8,957 bases of DNA from Octopus sinensis (GCF_006345805.1 NW_021828321.1:1-8957); one strand, 5' to 3'; positions 1 through 8,527 are shown, counted from the first letter of the stretch. The notes: generated by a model not told the origin, from the sequence alone. Made by a program: numbers and translations.

Positions 1-145
1 CTCTCTGCCTATCAATTATTGCCTCTCTCTCTCTTTCACTCTCTGCACACATACATACACACGCACACGCACCTCTCTGTCTATCAATTACTCTTTCTCT
101 CTCTCTCTCTCTCTCTCTTTTCACCCCTCTCTCTTTCTCTCCCTG
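1..145. repeat. Composite (CT)n/(CA)n repeat with a duplicated anchor
   Basis: CTCTCTGYCTATCAATTAYT at 1-20 and 73-92, with CT and CA runs in between. Confidence 0.8.
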
Positions 146-625
146 TATACGCATGAGAATGGCCTGCTGAATATCACTTACAATATAAGAGTGAGCAATG
201 AGAGCCGAGTCGCAAGTTAACATTTAATAAATTATATTAACTTGAGTCATTTATATATCACCTCTTTGTTAAAAATCCTTGGACAACTTTTTCCAGGTAT
301 TGTATTTTCAAATGTTTTGCATTTCGTTTTTGATTTTACCTTTGCTGCTTTTTTTTTGTTTTTTTTTTAATATCATCTCACAGTCTTTCCAGTTTATTTC
401 AGTTTTTTAAACGCATATTTTATAATTAATGAATGAATGATAACGATTGATATCTCTCATGGGTCATTTATTTATATAATATAATATATATATATATATA
501 TATAAAAGTGTTGGGTTTCAAAGCATTTTGTCTTTGTTCTGTGTCATTAACAACTGAACCTGGTGGATGGGAGGGAGTACTGGTAAGCCCTGAATTTTTT
601 TTTATATTTTTATATCGATGCAAAA

Positions 626-730
626 TGTGTATGCGCAGGTGCGTGTTTATGTCTGTGTGTGTGTGTCTGTGAGTACGTGTCCGTGTCCGTGTGTGTGTGT
701 GTGTGTGTGTACCCGTGTGTGTGTGTGTGT

Positions 731-777
<47 letters not shown>

Positions 778-838
778 TGTGTGTACGTGTGTGTGTGTGT
801 ACGTGTGTGTGTGTGTGTACGTGTGTCTGCGCGTGTGT
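626..838. repeat. Long interrupted (GT)n microsatellite
   Basis: About 200 bp of GT dinucleotides with AT/AC/CC interruptions. It explains the ORFs 610..894, 618..860 and 659..868. Confidence 0.95.
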
Positions 839-964
839 AGGTATCTATATCTCTTGCTGAAATTCTGAAATATGAACTTGCTTATAGAATACACACAAAT
901 AAGTGTACAGGCTCCCTTTCTCTCACTTTCCGTTCTTTTTCTTCTTTTTTGTTTTGTACCTCGT

Positions 965-1262
965 TACACACACGTGCACACACATACAGGCACAGACATA
1001 CACACACACCTAATACACGCATACTTAAACTGACACACACTTACTTTCTCTCTCACTCTTTCTCACTCTCACTCTCTCTCACTCACTCTCTTTCACTAGC
1101 CTTCACTTCTCTCTCTTTCATTCACTCTCTCACATTATTAAATCTGTCTAATTAATCGCTCTTTTCTTTCTCTCTCTTCATCTCACCCAGTTTTACACGC
1201 ACATGCTCATTTCATTTTGCTCTTTGCTCTACTATATTTGTTCTCCTGTTTCTCTTTCTCCT
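965..1262. repeat. (CA)n then (CT)n-rich low-complexity tract
   Basis: Degenerate CA repeats followed by CTCA/CT repeats. Confidence 0.8.
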
Positions 1263-1449
1263 CTCCACATCATTGTCATCTGGCACCTCACATAAACACA
1301 GATGCAACATGAGCTAACGGTAGAGAGAGCCTTTCTTACGCGGTATTTCGTCATGATAACATAACAAATAAATTTTACTTAAATCCATCTCTAAGACCTT
1401 CAATAAAACGGGCGAAGTAAGGGCTTATTACATAATACAGTTTTATATA

Positions 1450-1685
1450 TATTTCTTTACTACCCACAAGGGGCTAAACACAGAGGGGACAAACAAGGAC
1501 AAGACAAACGGATTAAGTCGATTACATCGACCCCAGTGCGTAACTGGTACTTAATTTATCGACCCTTGAAAGGATGAAAGGCAAAGTCGACCTCGGCGGA
1601 ATCTGAACTCAGAACGTAACGGCAGACGAAATACAGCTACGCATTTCGCCCGGTGTGCTAACGTTTCTGCCAGCTCGCCGCCTTT
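1450..1685 (-). mobile_element. Full-length tRNA-derived SINE, family A (copy A1), flanked by a perfect 15-bp TSD
   Basis: Minus strand starts AAAGGCGGCGAGC. A-box-like TGGCAGAAACG (1662-1672) and B-box-like GTTCAGATTCC (1598-1608). Direct repeat ATACAGTTTTATATA at 1435-1449 and 1686-1700. High similarity to the copies at 2716-2932 and 3118-3297. Confidence 0.92.
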
Positions 1686-2112
1686 ATACAGTTTTATATA
1701 CATCATCTCTTAACACAGTAAATAAAATAAAATATTATACGGGATGGCTATGGATGGCATGCATTTCATCATAGGATTACTTACAACAGAACTGACCTGG
1801 GTTTAAATAACAACCACAGGATCAACAGTAAATATATTTGTATGGTAAAATTAATATTTTCTCAATAACTATAGATCATTGCTTTTAGGGAAAAAGAAAT
1901 AAGTTTGAAATCTGCTCACATCTATACCCCGCGGTCCTTTTTTGTACACGTATGGAACTGTCTGGGAGAGAGAGAGAGACTCTCGGCATCTCTTATATGC
2001 AACGTAGCCGTGTGGTGGTGGTGGTGGAAGGAAATTTACGGAGGTTATTGTTAGTAATATTATACAAGCGAATCCAAACACACAGTCTTCAATGACGCAA
2101 CGTTAAAGCATA

Positions 2113-2169
2113 CCACCACCACCACCACCACCACCACTACAACTACTGCTACTACTGCTGCTACTACTA
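2113..2169. repeat. (CCA)8 followed by CTA/CTG trinucleotides
   Basis: Read directly; lies at the 3' end of copy A5. Confidence 0.9.
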
Positions 2170-2334
2170 ATTTTTTACAGAGGCGCAAGGGTCTGAAGTT
2201 TAAGGAAGGGGTTCTGTTTTGTCGATTTTTATCGACCCCAGAAAAATGATCACGCCGAGGGTCATCAACGAGATTTGAACACAGAACGCGACGAGCCAAA
2301 ATAAAAAGTGTGAATGGCATACTGTCCGACTCTC
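2168..2334 (-). mobile_element. Highly degenerate SINE family A copy (A5) with internal deletion
   Basis: By-eye match to A2/A3: ggcgcaagggtctgaagttt, then gtcgatt..tttatcgacccc, then gatttgaacacagaacg. Its 3' side abuts a (CCA)n/(CTA)n tract at 2113-2169. The 5' boundary is uncertain. Confidence 0.6.
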
Positions 2335-2380
2335 AATAATAATAATAATAATAATATCAACAATCGTAATTATAATAATA

Positions 2381-2528
2381 ATTCTTTTTATTAGAAGCAT
2401 AAGGTTTAAAATCTTGGTTGAGGGTGAAACGCAAAATCGACCTCGGTGGAATTTGAACTCACAACGCAAAAACCTGTAGAAATGCCGCAAAACATTTTCT
2501 CCTACGTGCTCACGATACAGTCGCCGTC
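2381..2528 (-). mobile_element. Degenerate SINE family A copy (A4) lacking the central module
   Basis: aaaatcgacctcggtggaatttgaactcacaacg (B box GTTCAAATTCC on minus) and aatgccgcaaaacatttt..cgtgct..tcgccg match the family-A head. attctttttattagaagcataaggtttaaaatcttgg matches the A2/A3 tail. (AAT)n tail at about 2335-2382. Confidence 0.75.
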
Positions 2529-2530
2529 GT

Positions 2531-2932
<402 letters not shown>

Positions 2933-2934
2933 GT

Positions 2935-2988
2935 AATAATAATAATAAGAAGAAGAAGAAGAAGAAGAAGAACAACAACAACAACAAC

Positions 2989-3020
<32 letters not shown>

Positions 3021-3075
3021 TAATAATAATAATATTAATAATAATAATAATAACAACAACAACAACAACAACAAC

Positions 3076-3117
<42 letters not shown>
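2935..3117. repeat. Compound (AAT)/(AAG)8/(AAC)6/(AAT)n/(AAC)8/(AAT)14 microsatellite, tail of SINE A3
   Basis: Read directly. It explains the poly-N/K, poly-I/V and poly-T ORFs at 2902-3202. Confidence 0.95.
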
Positions 3118-3297
3118 CTTTTCTACTACAGGTACAAGGCCTGAAAATTTGTGGGTGGGGACTAGTCGATTACATCGACCCCAGTATTTCACTGATACCT
3201 AATTTATGGACCTCGAAAGGATAAAATGTAAAGTCGACACCGGCGGAATTTGAACTCAGAACGAAAAAGCCGGAAGGAATACCGCAAAACCGCCTTT
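3118..3297 (-). mobile_element. SINE family A copy (A3) with a 36-bp deletion removing the A box
   Basis: Aligns to A2 along its length. At 3288/3289 the segment equivalent to 2888-2923 of A2 is missing (accgcaaa|accgcctt). Tail is the compound AAT/AAC/AAG tract 2935-3117. Confidence 0.88.
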
Positions 3298-3354
3298 GTA
3301 TCAGTAATAATAATATTGATAATACGTAATACAGATTCACCCACGTGCGACGTC

Positions 3355-3441
3355 CATGTGTATATGATATGTATGTGCATGTGTGAGGGCGTGCATGTGT
3401 GTGTGTTGTGTGTATATGTGTATGTGTGTGTGTGTGTGTAT
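3355..3441. repeat. (TG)/(TATG)-rich tract
   Basis: Degenerate TG repeats. Confidence 0.8.
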
Positions 3442-3474
3442 GTCGAGGGAGGGGTGAATTTGCATTGAATTACT

Positions 3475-3623
3475 TAAGAAGTTCATTTCACAAGCAAACA
3501 TTAGCTCTTCCGCATTCACTCCCCCGTAGGCTGCCCCTCGAGAAAATAACTTCGACTATAGCCTCGGTTTGAACCGAGCCATGCGAATAGATATAAGTTC
3601 ACGGATACTGCAGAAACTCGTCG
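3475..3623 (+). mobile_element. Old degenerate relic related to the 5' half of SINE family B
   Basis: cttcgactatagcctcgg..accgagccatgcgaatagat..acggatactgcagaaactcgtcg aligns by eye with cttctgctaaagcctcgggccgaccaaagccttgtgagtggatttggtagacggaaactgaaagaagcctgtcg of B1. Upstream taagaag..ttccgcattcactccc resembles the B head. Confidence 0.55.
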
Positions 3624-4121
3624 GAGTGACTGCACCTACAAGTAAAGTCAAACAGCAGGCTTTGTCATATATATATACAATGTCACGTTGACTCTGACTG
3701 GGGAATGGATTTATTAAGGGTACAACGTTCGGCTCGGCGTGGAATATTGAAATATTCATTCTATAACGCAAGATGGACTATTCTAATTCAAATTTAAACG
3801 ATCGTCAGTTCACACGCTATACTGTGGATGCAACCCGAAGAAATTATTCAAGGGAATAAATATATGGAAAATACTTCGTCGCTAAACTATGATTTAATTT
3901 GATGAATTGTAGTTTCATAAATCGAAAGACTGGAACACCCAGTGAAGGAAATTGAAGCGAGATCCATTTACAATTTACCGTTTAAATATATAAGAACAAA
4001 GCGGATAAGTAACAGGTAATTGAAGGAATATTTTTATCACCGTTCGAAAGAAGTTTACTGTTCCATAACACCCTTTAAGGTACAACCGACACATTTCCAA
4101 AATAACAATTTCTAACCAAGC

Positions 4122-4332
4122 GTGTGTTTGTCTCTCTCTCTCTCTCTCCCTCCTCTCCCCCTCACTCTGTCTGTATGTCTGTCTGTCTATCTATCTATCC
4201 CTCCTCTATACCTTTCTTTCCTTTCTCTCTCTTGCACTCCATCTCATACACTAAATATATATATATATATATGTATATATATACATGACAATGTATTATA
4301 ACATACATGTATGTGTGCTTGTAGCTTTCTCT

Positions 4333-4375
<43 letters not shown>

Positions 4376-4420
4376 CTTCTCTCTCTCACACACACACACA
4401 CAATCTCTCTCTTTGTCTGT
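4122..4420. repeat. Cluster of (CT)n, (TCTA)n, (TA)n and (CA)n microsatellites
   Basis: Read directly. The long polypyrimidine (CT)n at about 4325-4387 has mirror symmetry. Confidence 0.9.
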
Positions 4421-4772
4421 CTGAATCCACATATGTCGTATAATGTGTAATTATATCTTATATGTGTACGGGTGTGCTTAGGTATGTGTATCTGGCGGTG
4501 GAGTTACATGGAAAGTAACCAAATTCTAAGGAGGTATATGATTTTCTGTTTTAATATGATATTTTCTCTCTTAACTTGAAACATTTTCTTTTAATAAATA
4601 TAATCTTGATCGTATGCAAAAAAAAAAAAACGTTGTGATGTTGCACGAAGGAAAATTCATACAGAGAAGAGAGTAGTGCTGCACGGGGGAATTCTAACAT
4701 ATTGTTTTCATTTTTGTTCGTTTGTTTGAAAATAGGAAAATAAAAACAGGGTGGGAAAAAGCACCACTAAAG

Positions 4773-4932
4773 CACGCATGAGTGGCTGTGTGGTAAGTAG
4801 CTTGCTAACCAACCACATGGTTCCGGGTCAGTCCCACTGCGTGGCATCTTGGGCAAAGTCTTCTGCTAAAGCCTCGGGCCGACCAAAGCCTTGTGAGTGG
4901 ATTTGGTAGACGGAAACTGAAAGAAGCCTGTC

Positions 4933-4992
<60 letters not shown>

Positions 4993-5026
4993 GTGTGTGT
5001 GTGTGTGTGTTCTGTGTTTGTCCCCC

Positions 5027-5059
<33 letters not shown>

Positions 5060-5276
5060 ATATTTTGGTGTTTGTCCCCCTAGCATTACTTGACAACCGA
5101 TGCTGGCGTGTTTACGTCCCCGTCACTTAGCGGTTCGGCAAAAGAGACCGATAGAATAAGTACTAGGCTTACAAAGAATATGTCCCGGGGTCGATGTGCT
5201 CGACTATAAAGGCGGTGCTCCAGCATGGCCGCAGTCAAATGACTGAAACAAGTAAAAGAGTAAAAGAGAGAGTAAA
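4773..5276 (+). mobile_element. Full-length tRNA-derived SINE, family B (copy B1), with CORE-like segment and internal microsatellite
   Basis: A box TGGCTGTGTGG (4783-4793). B box GGGTCAGTCCC (4825-4835, one T short of B2/B3). GTGGCATCTTGGGCAAAGTC resembles the CORE-SINE motif TGTGACCTTGGGCAAGT. Internal (TA)n(GT)n at 4934-5067. The 3' end has AGTAAAAG tandem repeats. Homologous to 7816-8214. No clear TSD. Confidence 0.92.
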
Positions 5277-5500
5277 CTTAACAGCACACACGCACGCACA
5301 CAAACACAAAACAAAATAAATACACACACACAAACTGCGCCTCCGAAAGAATTTTTAATTGTCGAAATGAGATTGATTACTAGTTTACACGAGGGCGAAC
5401 CCTTTCAAAATCCACTGCGGCAGTGATTTGGATGAGGGCCGTCCAAATAGCCGTGGGCCTCTTCGTGGTACCTTAGAGCCCGGGGAAAATGTAACCTCTA

Positions 5501-5522
5501 CCCTACCCTACCCCCCCCCCCC
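5501..5522 (-). other. G-quadruplex-forming motif (G12-TA-GGG-TA-GGG)
   Basis: Plus strand CCCTACCCTA followed by C12. This fits the G3+N1-7 x4 pattern on the minus strand. Formation in vivo is not shown. Confidence 0.6.
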
Positions 5523-5536
5523 ACCTCTTACAAACT

Positions 5537-5631
5537 CTGTGTGTGCATGTGCGTGTGTTTGTATATGCATACATGTATATAGATTGATAGAGAAATAGAT
5601 AGGTATAGATAAATAGATAGATAGATAGATA
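5537..5631. repeat. (TG)-rich then (GATA)n tract
   Basis: Read directly. Confidence 0.8.
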
Positions 5632-5734
5632 TTATTCTTGCAGTTTCTTATTTAATTAGTAATCGAAGTCATTTATACACATTTCTTCTAATATATCTAA
5701 TTAGCGATAGAAGAGATAAAAAACGATTCTTAAA

Positions 5735-5795
5735 CGCAATATGGAATCGAAACCGGGTCGGAGACTGGAAATGTAATGTGTCATTCTACCGATGT
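5735..5795 (-). pseudogene. tRNA-like relic (tRNA pseudogene or head of a third SINE)
   Basis: Minus strand reads CGGTAGAATG...GACCCGGTTTCGATTCC, resembling the D-loop and T-arm of tRNA-Gly-type genes. Anticodon and acceptor stems do not pair. Confidence 0.3.
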
Positions 5796-5804
5796 CAAAA
5801 TATA

Positions 5805-6114
5805 AACATACATAAATGCATATACATGTGTGTGCATGTGTGTGTAAATAGAGATTGGGAGAGAAAGAGAGAGAGAGAGTGTGTGTGTGGTGTATGTGTG
5901 TGCGCGCGTGTGTTGTATTTACATGACTTATATGAAAAAGCAGCGCCCATGACCTTTTTTCAGGGCCACCAAACTGCTGGGGAAAAAGTAGGGAGAAGAG
6001 CACACACACACACGGATATACGTGTCTATGTATATTAATAATCACACACACACACACGAATATATATACCCACACAAATGTGTGTGTGTGTGTGTGTGAT
6101 TATTAATACACACG
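5805..6114. repeat. TG/GA/CA microsatellite cluster containing a perfect 25-bp inverted repeat
   Basis: Arms 6033-6057 and 6084-6108 are exact reverse complements. Confidence 0.85.
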
Positions 6115-6586
6115 CCCCTTGATTGAATGTCAGTAGCATTAACATATGAATGATAAGAGAGTATGCCTTCTCAGCGTGTTTTTGACTCTCGTTACATACG
6201 TCTACTTCTTTCCTCTTACAATGTGAGATAGAAAATACCCAGCATAATAATATATATATATATATATATATGCATGAAAATGTACAAGGGTTCTGTTTGG
6301 CAAACTTTACGTTATAACAAATAAATTTCGAAACTGTTCAGTGCATCGTTTCAATTCCTCAAATTCTACGTTCAGATCCTGCAACCGATCGGTGTGTGAC
6401 GTTTATAGATGCCTCTATGTGTAGACCGTAGAGAATATAATTCTATACAGCAGTTTGAAAAGAACGATAGCTATCATCTCCCGCCCAGCCTCCCAAAAAG
6501 TTTCGTTTAACTATATATCTACACTGAATTTAGCAGCACTGTTACAGCGATGGTTTTATATGACTTGTGTTTTGTATAACTTGCCT

Positions 6587-6725
6587 CCGTTTTCTGATTT
6601 CAAATCCCGTCTAGGTCGACTTTGCTACTCCACTTAGAAGGGTTGATAAATGTAACAAAAAGTCAAATAACAGGGGCTATGTTCTGCTATCTTTCCCTTT
6701 TTCGAAGAATTGGCTACGTTGCATA
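6587..6725 (+). mobile_element. Degenerate SINE family A copy (A6), plus strand
   Basis: ttctgatttcaaatcccgtctaggtcgactttgc vs family-A sense ttctgagttcaaattccgccgaggtcgactttgc. Followed by gggttgataaat and caggggctatg, matching the central module. Confidence 0.75.
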
Positions 6726-7152
6726 CTGTTCTATATATTTTTTAAAATTTTGTTTCGGATTTGGACTGAGCGAGTGGGGGTAAGCAACTTATTTTCAAAG
6801 CAAGCATAGCTATGCTACAGGAACCGCCTAAGAAGGGAAGTGATATGTAGTGCAGGAAAGAACAGAATGAAAATAGAGAAAGAACAAACAAAAAATGTTT
6901 GCATAGAATAATTTCTTTGATGGTAAACCCAAGGTAAGGTTTTTAATCAACAGATGAAGGATCAAAGGCATTCCAGCTGGAATACTTCCCTTCTGTTTTA
7001 CGTGTATTTTATGGGCATCAGGGGACCACAATAATATATGTAGTATTCTTTATTTATGACGCACTGTGAAGTGATTTAGGGGTGATTTAGCTATGAATTC
7101 ATGTAAGTCTCGTAACGTAAGAGAGAGGTATCATTGTATTAAGCTCCACAGA

Positions 7153-7205
7153 CATTCTGAGTTCAAATTCCAATAACATCGAATAAAAGTAATCGATAAA
7201 TTAGG
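7153..7205 (+). mobile_element. Short SINE family A fragment (A7)
   Basis: ttctgagttcaaattcc (perfect family-A B-box context; box at 7161-7171) followed by tcgataaatta (7193-7203). The intervening part is shortened and diverged. Confidence 0.5.
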
Positions 7206-7382
7206 CCGATTAGAGGAGAACCCATGAAATCAAATGCTACTGATATATTTAATCAATAGCATACAACGCAAGTGAAATACTACTGTTCAATAAAATCGAT
7301 TTTATCCACACATACGCATCAACATGACAAAGCGAGAAATCATTAACATATAAGTGTCTCTGTGTTTGTGTGTTTGTCTAAA

Positions 7383-7683
7383 CTTTCTCTCTCCCTCCTC
7401 CCCCTCTCTCTGTCCCTGTGTGTATATATATATATATATATATAATATATATATGTGTGTGTGTAATATGTGTGTGTGTAATGTGTGTGTGTGTAATATA
7501 TGTGTGTGTGTGTGTGTAATATATGTGTGTGTAGTATATGTGTATGTGTGTGTAGTATATGTGTGTGTATGTGTAGTATATGAGTGTGTGTGTGTAAATA
7601 TGCAGTATATGATTGAGTGTGTGTGTATATGTATGTAGTATATGATTGAGTGTGTGTGTATATATATGTAGTATATGAGTGAA

Positions 7684-7724
<41 letters not shown>

Positions 7725-7725
7725 A
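7383..7725. repeat. (CT)n, (TA)n and a composite TG/TA minisatellite including a 33-bp period
   Basis: AGTATATGATTGAGTGTGTGTGTATAT at 7604-7630 and 7637-7663, with a third variant unit starting at 7670. Confidence 0.9.
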
Positions 7726-7815
7726 TATGCATAGTTGAAATTTATAGAAAACAAAAGACAAAGACAGGTGTATAAACAACAAGGAGGTGTATTAGTTTGA
7801 CGATATATATATATA

Positions 7816-8214
7816 GGCGCAGAAGTTGCTGTGTGGTAAGTAGCTGGCTTACAAACCAAATGCCAAATGATTCCGAGTTCAGTTCCACTGCGGTGGCACC
7901 TTGGGCGTCTTGTATTATAGCCTCGGGCCTTTTGAGGGGATTTGGTAGACGGGAACTGAAAGTAGCCCGTCCTATTTTTATGTATAAATATATGCATATA
8001 TACATATGTGTGTGTGTGTCTGAGTTTGTACCCACACCATCACTTGCCAACCGACGCTAGTGTGTTTACGTCCCCCGTAACTTAGCGGTTCGGCAAAAGA
8101 GACCGATGGAATAAATACTAAGCTTACGACGAACAAGTCCTTGGGTTGGTTTGCTCGACTAAAGGCGGGCTCCAGCATGGCCGCAGTCAAATGACTGAAA
8201 GAAATAGAAGAGTA
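7816..8214 (+). mobile_element. Full-length SINE family B (copy B2) with a probable 13-15-bp TSD
   Basis: Starts GGCGCAGAAGTTGCTGTGTGGTAAG. B box GAGTTCAGTTCC (7875-7886). Colinear with B1 through GCTCCAGCATGGCCGCAGTCAAATGACTGAAA. ATATATATATATAGG occurs at 7803-7817 and 8215-8229 (low complexity, so the TSD is probable, not certain). Confidence 0.92.
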
Positions 8215-8377
8215 ATATATATATATAGGTATATATACATATATATACATCACAGGAAAGTGTGTGCATGAGTGTGTGAATGCAAGTGCAAATATGCATT
8301 GTATATATGCACACGAGCATATATTATATATATATATAGGTATATATATTATATATTATATTATATATATGTGTGTG

Positions 8378-8527
8378 AGCGTGAGTGCGTGAATCTGTGG
8401 TAAGAATTCTGCTTCCCACCACATGGTTCCAGGTTCAGTCTCACTACGTGGCATCTTGGACAACTCTATTCTAGTATGGCCTCGGGCCAACAAAGCCTTT
8501 TGTGTGGATATTGGTAAAAGGAATCTG
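8378..8527 (+). mobile_element. SINE family B 5' half (copy B3), 3'-truncated before the internal microsatellite
   Basis: tgtggtaag..ccacatggttccaggttcagtctcactacgtggcatcttggacaa..gcctcgggccaacaaagcc aligns with B1 4788-4920. B box GGTTCAGTCTC at 8432-8442. Confidence 0.85.

Noticed and set aside
1311-1352. GAGCT...CGGTATTTCGTC resembling the SINE-A head on plus
   Set aside because: Only about 12 bp match well, and no B box follows.
2013-2136. (TGG)5 and (CCA)8 as an inverted repeat
   Set aside because: Pairing is confined to the simple repeat; the flanks are not complementary.
3773-3859. 28-aa ORF MDYSNSNLNDRQFTRYTVDATRRNYSRE with good Kozak context
   Set aside because: Length expected by chance; no recognisable motif or supporting gene structure.
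4765-5290. TSD for SINE B1 (TAAAGCAC vs TAACAGCAC)
   Set aside because: Short and imperfect; cannot be distinguished from chance.
5386-5410. TACACGAGGG resembling a mariner-type terminal repeat start
   Set aside because: Poor match, and no partner inverted repeat or transposase remnant in the window.
5426-5490. GATGAG followed by stems, suggestive of a hammerhead ribozyme
   Set aside because: The CUGANGA core is not present (GGATGA), and there is no GAAA after the candidate stem II.
5496-5512. (CCCTA) repeats as interstitial telomere
   Set aside because: Only two to three units, and they are TAGGG rather than TTAGGG.
6775-6940. Donor-like GGG|GTAAGC and AAG|GTAAGG sites
   Set aside because: No credible upstream acceptor or recognisable coding frame; the first lies in a probable SINE-B-related relic whose head naturally contains GGTAAG.
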